A stretch of DNA of 45,829 nucleotides from Candidatus Culexmicrobium thermophilum (GTDB lineage: Archaea; Thermoproteota; Methanomethylicia; Culexarchaeales; B10-G16): NCBI GenBank assembly GCA_025061095.1, contig JANZKB010000002.1:1-45829 (forward strand), given 5' to 3'. The notes under the pieces were generated by a model that was not told where the DNA came from, ran no database searches, and saw only the letters and a program-made list of their open reading frames with translations. The stretch's first letter is position 1, and each line of letters opens with the position of its first letter. Shown here in pieces: positions 1-9,232 of the stretch. The position numbers and the translations under genes were made by a program.

Positions 1-534
1 TTTGTACTGGACGTTAAGGCTGAAAATACTTCTAAAACTGTGTATTCAGGTGATCTTTCCTCCAGTGATCCCTATGTTACACCTATCAGTGATAGGTTTC
101 CAATTGCAAAATTGGCTTCTGGTCAAACTATCCTCCTAGAGGCCTATGCCAGGCTAGGTAGAGGTAGAGATGGAGCTAAATGGCAACCTGTCTCTGCATG
201 TGCATATAAATATCTTCCAGTTTTAACTGTGAATTCAGAGGCCTGTGCACATTGCGGTGAATGTGTTGAAGCCTGTCCTAGAGGGGCTATAGCTCTAGAT
301 GATGATTCCAGTCTTCCATACCTTAAAGACATTGTTAAATGTAATCTTTGTAAAGCATGTGTTGAGGCCTGTGAGCTGGGAGCATTGGGGCTTCAAGCCG
401 ATGAGCGAAGCTTCATATTCTATGTTGAATCTACAGGTTCTCTCCCCGCTTACAGAATCGTTGAGAAGGCGGCTGAAATATTAGCGGAGAAGTGTGATGG
501 ATTGATTGAAGAACTTAGAGGTGTTTTGAAGTGA
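1..534 (+). CDS. rpoD: DNA-directed RNA polymerase subunit D (Rpo3), 5' end cut by window edge
   Basis: Frame 1 is open from base 1. Two ferredoxin-like Cys clusters ([23 protein letters not shown]) are typical of archaeal subunit D. Heads the conserved rpoD-L18e-L13-S9-rpoN cluster. Confidence 0.85.
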   Translation, partial: FVLDVKAENTSKTVYSGDLSSSDPYVTPISDRFPIAKLASGQTILLEAYARLGRGRDGAKWQPVSACAYKYLPVLTVNSEACAHCGECVEACPRGAIALDDDSSLPYLKDIVKCNLCKACVEACELGALGLQADERSFIFYVESTGSLPAYRIVEKAAEILAEKCDGLIEELRGVLK

Positions 535-893
535 AGAGAACTGGACCGATAAACGTTCAAGTTAGAAGGCTTATAAGATTTCTTCGAAAAGCCTCGAACA
601 ATAATGATGCAGATATTTGGAAGGATATTGCTGAAAGGTTGAATGCTCCTAGAAGGAGAAGAATAGAAGTTAATTTGGCTAGAATTCAAAGATATACGGT
701 TAAAGGCGATGTAGTGGTGGTTCCAGGTAAAGTTCTAGGCTGGGGGCTTCTCGACCATCCAGTTACAGTTGCAGCTCTCTCCTTCTCCAAAGAAGCTGCT
801 GAAAAGATTCGGGAAGCTGGAGGAGAATGCATAGATATCTATGAGCTTGTCAAACGTTATCCTAAAGGAAGCAATATAAAGATTTTGGGGTGA
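531..893 (+). CDS. rpl18e: 50S ribosomal protein L18e
   Basis: GTG start overlaps the rpoD stop (GTGA). Motifs [18 protein letters not shown] and [14 protein letters not shown] match L18e. Conserved position after rpoD. Confidence 0.85.
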   Translation: MKRTGPINVQVRRLIRFLRKASNNNDADIWKDIAERLNAPRRRRIEVNLARIQRYTVKGDVVVVPGKVLGWGLLDHPVTVAALSFSKEAAEKIREAGGECIDIYELVKRYPKGSNIKILG

Positions 894-1336
894 GCTTGAT
901 GGATAACCTTCTACTTGTCGATGCCGAGAACATGATCTTCGGGAGACTTGCCAGCATTGTTGCTAAACGTCTGCTGAACGGTGAACGTATAGTTGTAATT
1001 AACGTTGAGAAGGCTGTTCTGTCGGGGAGGAAGAGCAGTGTCCTCAAAGACTTTAAAAGTTTCTTCGAGGTTAAAACTCTCAGAAACCCCGTTAGAGGTC
1101 CCAAGAGGGATCGCTTCCCGGATAGACTTTTCAGGAATGCAGTTAGAGGAATGCTTCCTAAGCATAATTCTAGGGGGTTAGCTGCTTTGAGAAGACTTCG
1201 AGTTTATATAGGTTGCCCAGAGGAGTTTAAAGGTTTGAAGGCTACCCACTTCAGGGAGGCAGATGCTTCAAGGCTTGGTGGAAGTTACATTTATCTGGGT
1301 GATGTTGCTAAGGAGCTTGGTTGGAAGGGGGTGTAA
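890..1336 (+). CDS. rpl13: 50S ribosomal protein L13 (start may be ATG at 899)
   Basis: N-terminus [32 protein letters not shown] is the L13 signature. GTG at 890 overlaps the L18e stop; an in-frame ATG lies at 899. Confidence 0.9.
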   Translation: MSLMDNLLLVDAENMIFGRLASIVAKRLLNGERIVVINVEKAVLSGRKSSVLKDFKSFFEVKTLRNPVRGPKRDRFPDRLFRNAVRGMLPKHNSRGLAALRRLRVYIGCPEEFKGLKATHFREADASRLGGSYIYLGDVAKELGWKGV

Positions 1337-1340
1337 ATGA

Positions 1341-1745
1341 TTGGTGAAAATATTGATTTCAAGCGGTAAGAGGAAGACCGCTATCGCCAGAGCCACCTTG
1401 AAAAATGGTTCTGGCAGAATTTACATTAATGGTGTTCCAGTGGAGCTTATTGAACCCGAACTTGCAAGATGGAAGATAATGGAACCATTACTGCTTGCCG
1501 GCCTAGATAAAGTTGGAAAAGTTGACATTGAAGTCAATGTTAAAGGTGGAGGTTTCATGGGTCAGGCTGAAGCAGCTAGAATGGCTATTGCTAGAGGTTT
1601 AGTCGCCTGGTTTAAGGATTCAAAATTGGAGAAAAAATTTTTAGAGTATGATAGAACGATGCTTTCAGGGGATCCTAGAAGAACTGAGCCGAAAAAGTTC
1701 GGCGGACCATCAGCTAGAAGAAGATTTCAAAAATCTTATCGATAG
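1341..1745 (+). CDS. rps9: 30S ribosomal protein S9
   Basis: [12 protein letters not shown] near the N-terminus and a C-terminal ..[12 protein letters not shown] tail are diagnostic of S9. Confidence 0.9.
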   Translation: MVKILISSGKRKTAIARATLKNGSGRIYINGVPVELIEPELARWKIMEPLLLAGLDKVGKVDIEVNVKGGGFMGQAEAARMAIARGLVAWFKDSKLEKKFLEYDRTMLSGDPRRTEPKKFGGPSARRRFQKSYR

Positions 1746-1760
1746 AGGTTGATTGGATTG

Positions 1761-1982
1761 ATGGTTCCTATTAGATGCTTCACCTGCGGTGCTCCCATAG
1801 GCGATAAATATGAGGAATTCCTGAAGCGTGTCAGGAAAGGTGAAGATCCGGGAAAAGTTTTAGATGATCTAGGTATAAAGAGATATTGTTGTAGAAGAAT
1901 GTTTTTAAGCCATGTGGAGCTGATAGACGACGTTATAAAGCTGAGTGAACTTTACGGCGGTAGAAAAGTTAAGGAGGGTTAA
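1761..1982 (+). CDS. rpoN: DNA-directed RNA polymerase subunit N (Rpo10)
   Basis: [14 protein letters not shown] ... RYCCRRMF zinc-binding motifs. ATG at 1761 preferred over the ORF-track TTG at 1749. Confidence 0.9.
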   Translation: MVPIRCFTCGAPIGDKYEEFLKRVRKGEDPGKVLDDLGIKRYCCRRMFLSHVELIDDVIKLSELYGGRKVKEG

Positions 1983-1987
1983 ACCAA

Positions 1988-3247
1988 TTGATGTATATTT
2001 CAACTATTATAAGCGATGTGGTTGCAAGAAAGCTTTTCAACAGTCGAGGCGACCCCACTATAAATGTCACAGTCTATACTGAGAGCGGTTTAGGATCCTT
2101 TTCAGCCCCCTCAGGGGCAAGTAAGGGTAGATATGAGGCTGTAGCCTTTCCGCCTGGAGGGGTTGATGAGGCTGTTCGCCTAGTGGATGAACTCATTGCA
2201 CCTGAACTTTTAGGTGTGGATTCTATGGATCAATTTGAGGTTGATGAGACCCTGAAAAGGTTGGACGGTACCTCGAATTTTTCTAAGATAGGAGGATCCA
2301 CAGCTATAGCCGCTTCTGTGGCTTCAGCTAAGGCAGCTGCCTCCTCGCTCGATATTCCCCTATATAAGTATCTTGGTGGCTCCCTCTCCTCTACGCTTCC
2401 ACTTCCACTTGGAAATATTATCGGCGGCGGTAAACATTCCGCTTCAGGTGGATTGGACGTTCAGGAAATTCTGGTTCTCCCCTTGAATGCTGAAAGCTTC
2501 TATGATGCTGCTTTAGCCAATATTCAGGTTTATAAGAGAATTTTGAAGCTTGCACCAAAAGATACAGTTTACGGTAGAAATGATGAAGGTGCATGGATAA
2601 CCACCCTAGATATAACTGCTTCTCTGAAACTTGTTAAAATGGCCTGCGAAGAGGTTTCAGACAAGCTTGGTATACGTTTAGGCATAGGTTTAGATGTTGC
2701 AGCCTCCTCATTTTGGAATTCCAATTCGAATCGATATGTTTACAGTAGGGCTGGTTTAAGCTTGGAGCCTGAGGAACAGTTCAAGTATATACTTAGCTTG
2801 ATCCGCGATTTTAATTTAGTCTATGTTGAGGATCCCTTCCATGAGGATGATTTTGAATCTTTCGCTAGATTGATGGATGAAGTGGAGGATTGTCTAATCT
2901 GTGGAGATGACCTTTTCGTCACCAATGCTGAACGTATAGATTATGGGGCTTCCCTTGGAGCATGCAACTCTGCCATTATAAAGCCAAACCAGGTTGGAAC
3001 CCTTACAGATACAGTGCTAGCTGTTAAAACGGCTAGATCTCATGGGTTTATAACAGTATTCTCTCACAGGTCAGGTGAAACTGTGGATCCCGCCCTTTCA
3101 CATTTAGCTGTGGCGCTTTCATCGCCTATAATTAAATGTGGAGTTATGGGTGGCGAGAGAATTGCAAAGATCAATGAACTTATAAGAATAGAGGAGGATT
3201 TGGATGGTGGTGCAGGTCTCTACAGTTTGGAGGGTGTATTGCTTTGA
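1988..3247 (+). CDS. eno: Enolase (phosphopyruvate hydratase)
   Basis: [26 protein letters not shown] and SHRSGET motifs. 419 aa. Conserved archaeal position between rpoN and S2. Confidence 0.9.
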   Translation: MMYISTIISDVVARKLFNSRGDPTINVTVYTESGLGSFSAPSGASKGRYEAVAFPPGGVDEAVRLVDELIAPELLGVDSMDQFEVDETLKRLDGTSNFSKIGGSTAIAASVASAKAAASSLDIPLYKYLGGSLSSTLPLPLGNIIGGGKHSASGGLDVQEILVLPLNAESFYDAALANIQVYKRILKLAPKDTVYGRNDEGAWITTLDITASLKLVKMACEEVSDKLGIRLGIGLDVAASSFWNSNSNRYVYSRAGLSLEPEEQFKYILSLIRDFNLVYVEDPFHEDDFESFARLMDEVEDCLICGDDLFVTNAERIDYGASLGACNSAIIKPNQVGTLTDTVLAVKTARSHGFITVFSHRSGETVDPALSHLAVALSSPIIKCGVMGGERIAKINELIRIEEDLDGGAGLYSLEGVLL

Positions 3248-3864
3248 GTTCTCTTGAATCCGTTGATCTATTAATTCCATTGGAGGTTTATTTGGCGGCT
3301 GGACTGCATATAGGTACGAGGATTAAAAGTAAGGATATGATGCCATTCATATATCGTGTTAGGCCTGACGGCCTCTATGTTTTAGATGTAAAGAAGATCG
3401 ATGAGCGGATTAGACTTGCCGCAAAATTCATCTCACGTTATCCTCCCACCAAAGTTGTCGCCGTTTCTTCTAGACAGTATGGATGGCAACCAGTTGAGAA
3501 ATTTTGCTCCATAATTGGTGGACGGGCAGTTACAGGCAGATTTATTCCAGGCACATTCACCAATCCTAGACTTCCACATTACATTGAACCGGGCATCATA
3601 TTGGTTTCTGATCCGAGGGCTGATGAGCAAGCTGTAGATGAAGCTGCAAAGGTGGGGGTTCCAGTTATAGCTTTATGTGACACTGATAATAGGACAAGCT
3701 ATGTTGAACTTATTATTCCAGTTAACAATAAGGGTAGAAAGGCCTTAGCCTTAACCTATTGGCTTTTGGCTAGACAGGTTTTGAGGGAGAGAGGTGACAT
3801 TCCACCGGACGGTGACATTCCAGTCTCCGTTGAAGAGTTTGAAGCTAAACCCGAAGTTTACTAG
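3244..3864 (+). CDS. rps2: 30S ribosomal protein S2
   Basis: TTG start overlaps the eno stop. [23 protein letters not shown] and IALCDTDN motifs match archaeal S2. Confidence 0.9.
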   Translation: MSSLESVDLLIPLEVYLAAGLHIGTRIKSKDMMPFIYRVRPDGLYVLDVKKIDERIRLAAKFISRYPPTKVVAVSSRQYGWQPVEKFCSIIGGRAVTGRFIPGTFTNPRLPHYIEPGIILVSDPRADEQAVDEAAKVGVPVIALCDTDNRTSYVELIIPVNNKGRKALALTYWLLARQVLRERGDIPPDGDIPVSVEEFEAKPEVY

Positions 3865-3883
3865 AAGTCTGAAATTAGTTAAA

Positions 3884-3897
3884 TTATTATTTCATCT
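3884..3897 (+). promoter_or_regulatory. TATA-like promoter motif TTATTATTTCATCT before the MEMO-mvk operon
   Basis: Ends 14 nt before the GTG at 3912. An identical 14-mer occurs before ndk. Confidence 0.35.
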
Positions 3898-3911
3898 TTA
3901 CTCTCTATTTA

Positions 3912-4769
3912 GTGGTGACTTATTTGAGGATTAGAGATCCCGTAGTTGCAGGAATGTTCTATGAATATTCTCCTGATTCTTTAAAGCTTCAGATTGAGCA
4001 ATGCTTTAAACATAGGCTTGGACCCGGATTCATTCCTGAAGTTCACGGAGAGTTTAAGGGTTCCCTGCTTGGAGTGGTTTCACCCCATGCAGGCTACATG
4101 TATTCAGGTCCCGTTGCCTCTTGGAGTTTCAAAGCCTTGGCTGAAAATGGAAAACCAGATTCTTTCATAATTATCGGTCCAAACCATTCAGGTGTCGGCG
4201 CTCCTCTCTCAATTCTCCGTGAAGGATGCTGGAGAACTCCTTTAGGAGTTGCTTCAATAGATTCTGAACTTGCCGATGAAATTCTCAGCCACTGTGATCT
4301 TCTCGAAGTGGATTGGACTGCCCATCTATCTGAGCATTCAATTGAAGTTCAACTTCCCTTTCTACAATATTTATTTGGAAATGTTAAATTCGTCCCCATC
4401 TCTATGATGCTTCAGAATTTTGAGGTTTCACGTGCCATAGGTGAAGGATTGGCTGAGACCATTAAGAATAGAAGGGTTACCATTATAGCGTCGACGGATT
4501 TCTCCCATTATGTGCCTTTAAAGCAGGCTGTTGAAGATGATTCCGCTATAATCGAGAAAATTCTCACCTTGGATGCTAAGGGAATGTTCGACGTATTCTA
4601 TTCGAGAAGGGTCTCCATGTGCGGTCCAGGTGTGGTTGCCGCCATGTTGGTTGCATGTAAAATGCTCGGTGCCAGTAGAGGTGTAAAATTGAAGTATGCT
4701 ACTTCAGGCGATGTGACAGGTGATGTTTCCTCAGTAGTTGGATATGCTGCCATAGCCATTTACAGGTGA
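3912..4769 (+). CDS. MEMO1 / AmmeMemoRadiSam system protein B family protein
   Basis: N-terminal IRDPVVAGMFY and SPHAGYMYSGPVAS motifs of the MEMO family. Sits directly upstream of mvk, as in many archaea. Confidence 0.8.
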   Translation: MVTYLRIRDPVVAGMFYEYSPDSLKLQIEQCFKHRLGPGFIPEVHGEFKGSLLGVVSPHAGYMYSGPVASWSFKALAENGKPDSFIIIGPNHSGVGAPLSILREGCWRTPLGVASIDSELADEILSHCDLLEVDWTAHLSEHSIEVQLPFLQYLFGNVKFVPISMMLQNFEVSRAIGEGLAETIKNRRVTIIASTDFSHYVPLKQAVEDDSAIIEKILTLDAKGMFDVFYSRRVSMCGPGVVAAMLVACKMLGASRGVKLKYATSGDVTGDVSSVVGYAAIAIYR

Positions 4770-4775
4770 ATTTTC

Positions 4776-5744
4776 TTGACATTTCTCGCATCTGCACCTG
4801 CAAAGGTTATACTTTTCGGAGAGCACTTTGTCGTTGAAAATGAACCTGCAATTGCAGCTGCACTGGATCTGAGAGTTGAAGTGTCAGTTAACCTATTGGA
4901 TGAGAAGCGTTTCGAAATAAGATCTGGAAACTTATTCAGCTTCGTCCGCCTCGACGATTTACTCTCCAATCACTACTCCGTAAATCAACATCTCAAACCG
5001 TTATATGTAATTCTCCGCAAAGTCATTGAGAAGTATGGATTTGAAGGCGGTTTAAAATTTATCATTAAAAGTCCTATTCCAATGGGTGTTGGTTTAGGTT
5101 CAAGCGCAGCGGTCTTTGTAGCTTTTTCAGCCGGTTTACTTAAAGCTGTAGCTGGTGAATACGACTTGGAGAAGGTGGTTAAATTGGCATCTGAAGGTGA
5201 GATTCTAGCTCATGGAAGACCCAGCGGGATAGATCCAACGATTTCAGCTAATGGAGGCGTAATCGTCTACCGTAAATCTGAAGGTTTCATCCCCCTCAAG
5301 GCGGCAGTTCCCCTACACTTGGTTATAGGGGTTAGTGGAGAAGTTAGATCGACGGCAACTATGGTTGAAAAAGTTCTCTCATTAAAGAAACGATTTCCAG
5401 AAATATTTGAACCATTATATCATGCTGCTGGACATCTTGCCATTGAAGCTGCAAAAGCCATTGAACGCGGAGATCTAACTTCAATTGGAATGCTTATGAA
5501 TATTAATCATGGTCTTCTCTCTTCATTGGGAGTTTCCACTATGAATCTTGAACGTCTCGTCCATGCTGCTAGAGATGCTGGAGCCTTAGGTGCAAAAATT
5601 ACAGGGGCTGGTGGAGGTGGAGCAATAATCTCAATATGTCCCCAAAATCTATTAGAGACTGTTGCATCTGCCATTAAACGTTCAGGAGGTTTTCCCTTAA
5701 TCTCAAAGGTTTCGGATAGAGGTGTTTCAGTGATTGAAAGGTGA
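4776..5744 (+). CDS. mvk: Mevalonate kinase
   Basis: N-terminal APAKVILFGEHFVV, GHMP-kinase motif PIPMGVGLGSSAAV and C-terminal KITGAGGGG. Confidence 0.85.
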   Translation: MTFLASAPAKVILFGEHFVVENEPAIAAALDLRVEVSVNLLDEKRFEIRSGNLFSFVRLDDLLSNHYSVNQHLKPLYVILRKVIEKYGFEGGLKFIIKSPIPMGVGLGSSAAVFVAFSAGLLKAVAGEYDLEKVVKLASEGEILAHGRPSGIDPTISANGGVIVYRKSEGFIPLKAAVPLHLVIGVSGEVRSTATMVEKVLSLKKRFPEIFEPLYHAAGHLAIEAAKAIERGDLTSIGMLMNINHGLLSSLGVSTMNLERLVHAARDAGALGAKITGAGGGGAIISICPQNLLETVASAIKRSGGFPLISKVSDRGVSVIER

Positions 5745-6537
5745 ATTAATAATTTTAAAGCTTGGTGGAAGCGTCATCACTTTTAAGAATTCTTTTGAGA
5801 AGGCTAATTTAAAAGTTCTCCGCAGAATTGCAGGTGAGGTGAAGGAAGCAATTGGAGATAAACGTTTAATAATAGTTCATGGTGGAGGCTCCTTCGGCCA
5901 TCCACACGCATATAAATATAAACTTCACTTGGGATTTAGAGCTTCAAGCCAACTGCCAGGAGTACTTGAAACCCATATGGCCATGGAAAAGTTGAACAAA
6001 ATAGTTGTCGAAGAGTTTTCATCTCAAGGGCTTCCGACTTTTCCGTTTCAGGTTTCATCTTCAACTTTAACATCTAATGGGGAGATCGATCTCTTCCCGT
6101 TAAATCCATTGAGAAGAATGATTGAACTTGGAATTATACCTATTCTCTATGGGGATGTAGTGTTCGATAGACAGCTTGGTTTCTGCATTCTTTCAGGGGA
6201 CAAAATATGCTCCTTTCTGGCAGTCTTCCTTAAAGCTTCAAAGCTCATCTTCATCTGCGATGTTGACGGCGTATATGATTCGAATCCTAAACTTAAATCT
6301 CCCTCAAAATTCTATGATAAATTATCTCTAGATGAATTGAAACTTTTACTTAGAAAGTTTAAATCTTTCTCCAGCAGTTTAGATGTAACGGGAGGCTTCT
6401 ACGGCAAGTTGGTCGAAGCCTCTAAAGCAGTGGAGAAAGGGGTGAACGTTCTAATAGTCAACGGTTTATTTCCTGGAAGAGTTTCAGCTGCAATTAGAGG
6501 TGTAGACTTTATTGGAACAAGGATTTCAGTTAAATAG
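5734..6537 (+). CDS. ipk: Isopentenyl phosphate kinase (amino-acid kinase fold)
   Basis: ILKLGGSVIT and VHGGGSFGH motifs. Overlaps the mvk end by 11 nt. Conserved mvk-ipk-fni order. Confidence 0.8.
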   Translation: MKGELIILKLGGSVITFKNSFEKANLKVLRRIAGEVKEAIGDKRLIIVHGGGSFGHPHAYKYKLHLGFRASSQLPGVLETHMAMEKLNKIVVEEFSSQGLPTFPFQVSSSTLTSNGEIDLFPLNPLRRMIELGIIPILYGDVVFDRQLGFCILSGDKICSFLAVFLKASKLIFICDVDGVYDSNPKLKSPSKFYDKLSLDELKLLLRKFKSFSSSLDVTGGFYGKLVEASKAVEKGVNVLIVNGLFPGRVSAAIRGVDFIGTRISVK

Positions 6538-6563
6538 CTCTTCTACCCCCTTAATTATGTTGA

Positions 6564-7676
6564 TTGGTGATCAGTTTGATACGTGAAAGAAAGCTAAGCC
6601 ACCTTGAAATATGCTTGAAGAAGCATGTCTCGTTTAGAAATATTTCAACCGGTTTCGACGACATATTTCTAATTCACAATTCTCTCCCCGAATTCGACTT
6701 GGAAGATATAGATCTACAGGTTGAATTCTTCGGACATAAATTTAATGCTCCCATAATCATTTCAGCCATGACTGGTGGAAGCGAATTATCCTATAAGGTT
6801 AACCGTGCTTTAGCACTTGCAGCTGAACGTTTAGGTATAGGGATGGGTGTTGGAAGTCAGAGAATCGCCTTGGAGAGGCCTGAGCTCTCCTATACATTCT
6901 CCATTGTAAGGGAGTCTGCTCCAAACATATTTGTTATGGGTAATATTGGAGCCGCCCAGTTCTCTTTGAAATATGGCTTAGATGAAGCTTTTAAGGCTGT
7001 TGAAATGGTGGATGCTGACGCCTTGGCAGTCCATCTCAACCCCCTTCAGGAGGCTGTTCAACCTGAAGGTGAACCGTTCTATGATGGCGTTCTAGAAAAG
7101 TTAAAGCTTCTTTCCTCTTCATTGAAGCTTCCCATAATTGCAAAGGAGACTGGCTCCGGAATCTCCGGCGAGGTTGCAGCTAAACTTGAAAAGGTAGGCA
7201 TTTCAGGAGTGGATGTTGGAGGTGCAGGTGGAACAAGTTGGGCCGCCGTTGAATATTATCGCTCCTTGGAGGCTGGAGATTTATCCCATGCAAGTCTAGC
7301 TGAACTCTTCTGGGATTGGGGTATTCCAACAGCCATCAGCATATGTGAAGTTTCATTTCACACTAATCTGCCCATCATCGCTACTGGTGGTGTTAGATCT
7401 GGAATCGATATAGCTAAAGCTTTAGCTCTTGGAGCTTCCCTTGCAGGTATAGCTCTACCTCTACTTAAACCTGCAGTTGAGAATGGTGTGAAGGGAGTTT
7501 TATCTTATCTGGAAAGGTTGATCAACGAGTTGAAAGTTGCAATGTTCCTTGTAGGTGCTAGAAGAATAGCGGATTTGAAGAGAATTCCGTTGATTATAGG
7601 CGGCTTCACTGGAAACTGGTTGAAGCTTAGAGGTATCAGTTTAGAAGAATATGCTAGGAGAGGTGGAAAACTTTAA
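6564..7676 (+). CDS. fni: Isopentenyl-diphosphate delta-isomerase, type 2 (FMN-dependent)
   Basis: RKLSHLEIC start, ISAMTGG, GMGVGSQR, ETGSG and ATGGVRSG motifs of IDI-2. Confidence 0.9.
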   Translation: MVISLIRERKLSHLEICLKKHVSFRNISTGFDDIFLIHNSLPEFDLEDIDLQVEFFGHKFNAPIIISAMTGGSELSYKVNRALALAAERLGIGMGVGSQRIALERPELSYTFSIVRESAPNIFVMGNIGAAQFSLKYGLDEAFKAVEMVDADALAVHLNPLQEAVQPEGEPFYDGVLEKLKLLSSSLKLPIIAKETGSGISGEVAAKLEKVGISGVDVGGAGGTSWAAVEYYRSLEAGDLSHASLAELFWDWGIPTAISICEVSFHTNLPIIATGGVRSGIDIAKALALGASLAGIALPLLKPAVENGVKGVLSYLERLINELKVAMFLVGARRIADLKRIPLIIGGFTGNWLKLRGISLEEYARRGGKL

Positions 7677-7710
7677 ATTTAAGGTTTGCAGTTTTTGTGG
7701 AGGTGCTTCA

Positions 7711-8718
7711 ATGGGGTTTAAAGATTCTTTGGAAAGGTGTAAAATTCTCGTAAACTCATATATTGACAATGTTCTTGATGAAAATTTAAAGCCTTATAGC
7801 CTCTACGACGCTGCAAGACATTTAATTAAAGCAGGTGGAAAGAGGCTTAGACCATTTCTCGTCATAGAGTCCTGTAAATTGGTTAATGGAGATGAATATT
7901 CAGTTTTACCTGCCGCTGTAGCCGTCGAGCTCATACATAACTTCACACTTGTCCATGACGATATAATGGATGAGGATGAACTTCGCCGCGGGGTTCCCAC
8001 AGTCCACATTCTGTGGAATGTTCCTTTAGCCATTCTGGCTGGAGACCTTCTTTTCTCCAAAGCTTTTGAAGTTCTATTCGAATGCTGCAAGACTCCTTCA
8101 GTCTCTCCGGAAAGAGTTCTTGAAGCTGCTGCGAGAATAGCCTCTTCAGTAAGTCTTCTCGCTGAAGGACAAGCAATGGACGTAGATTTTGAAGGTAGAT
8201 TGTTGAAGTCTGGTGTAAGTGAAGAGGAGTATTTGAACATGATCTATAGGAAGACCGCTGTTCTCATGAGGGCTTCATGTGAAGTTGGCGCTCTAATTGG
8301 AGGTGGATGCAAAGAAGCTGTGAATGCTCTGGCAAGATATGGCGAGAATATTGGAATGGCCTTCCAGATGCGCGACGACCTTTTAGGAGTGATAGGCAAA
8401 GAAGAGGAATTAGGTAAACCCGTGGGAAGTGATTTAAGGGAGGGTAAATGCACTTTAATCTTCATTCATGCATTTAACAATGCTAGCAGCTCTCAAAAAC
8501 GCTTATTATCTAAATATTATGGTAGAAAGTCTATTTCTAAAATGGATCTCGAATCTGTAGTGAAGGTTTTAAGGGAAACCGGATCAATAGATTATGTTGC
8601 TTCTCTCGCTAAAAGATACGTTTCCATAGCTAAGGAAGCTCTTTTAAAATTTGATGAATGTGAAGCTAAAAATAATCTGTTGGAACTGGCTGATTACATC
8701 GTTGTTAGAACTTTTTGA
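7711..8718 (+). CDS. idsA: Geranylgeranyl diphosphate synthase (trans-prenyltransferase)
   Basis: Two Asp-rich motifs (LVHDDIMDED and FQMRDDLLG). ATG at 7711 follows GGAGGTG and avoids overlap with fni. The ORF track starts at 7651. Confidence 0.85.
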   Translation: MGFKDSLERCKILVNSYIDNVLDENLKPYSLYDAARHLIKAGGKRLRPFLVIESCKLVNGDEYSVLPAAVAVELIHNFTLVHDDIMDEDELRRGVPTVHILWNVPLAILAGDLLFSKAFEVLFECCKTPSVSPERVLEAAARIASSVSLLAEGQAMDVDFEGRLLKSGVSEEEYLNMIYRKTAVLMRASCEVGALIGGGCKEAVNALARYGENIGMAFQMRDDLLGVIGKEEELGKPVGSDLREGKCTLIFIHAFNNASSSQKRLLSKYYGRKSISKMDLESVVKVLRETGSIDYVASLAKRYVSIAKEALLKFDECEAKNNLLELADYIVVRTF

Positions 8719-8722
8719 GTTG

Positions 8723-9232
8723 ATGCTGTTGAAGATTTCCAGGCTTTTCTATAGAACTTCAATCGATTTCATCGATGATCTCATCGTAAACGGCAAAGTT
8801 ACTGTTAGACTTCTAGTTAGAAGGAATAACTCCATCTCCATTCATCATCCAGGGGACGAATTTAAATTTTCAGGTGGCACAATATATGTTCAAGGAGTTT
8901 ATGATAATTATCTCCGCCTGATAGATCTTGAAGCAGGATCTATAAGGGAGGATGCCTGCATAATTTCAGATAATATGGCGATCTTTCTATATAAAGGGGA
9001 GAAAATCCTATTGGTTGAAGTTTCAGGTAGAAAGGTGGTTCCCTTGGTGAAGCTGGGTGAGAAGATTTCTTCAGGTTCCAAGCTAGCCATGATCTTTACA
9101 GGTAAAAGAGAAGTTAGATATTATCGTTCAGACACGTCTGGAATAGTTTTCTATTATTCTCAGATTGATAATAAACCTGAAAAATATCTCTTTGCTTTAT
9201 CTCCACATGTAGAGGTGATCCACATTGAATAA
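8723..9232 (+). CDS. Conserved hypothetical protein, possible biotin/lipoyl-like barrel (DUF2118-like, from memory)
   Basis: 169 aa from ATG 8723, 5 nt after the idsA stop, with its end overlapping the gltX start by 8 nt. The C-terminal half (VKLGEKISSGSKLAMI...GIVFY) resembles a hybrid-barrel motif. No catalytic motif recognised. Confidence 0.5.
   Translation: MLLKISRLFYRTSIDFIDDLIVNGKVTVRLLVRRNNSISIHHPGDEFKFSGGTIYVQGVYDNYLRLIDLEAGSIREDACIISDNMAIFLYKGEKILLVEVSGRKVVPLVKLGEKISSGSKLAMIFTGKREVRYYRSDTSGIVFYYSQIDNKPEKYLFALSPHVEVIHIE

Noticed and set aside
1749-3247. Absence of rpoK between rpoN and eno
   Set aside because: rpoK is adjacent to rpoN only in some archaeal lineages, so its absence here is not informative without knowing the lineage.
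7803-8240. 145-aa - strand ORF. Similar antisense ORFs occur at 21483-21896 and 30313-30720.
   Set aside because: Each is fully contained antisense within a motif-supported gene (idsA, RecJ-like, Rpp30). They are shadow frames.
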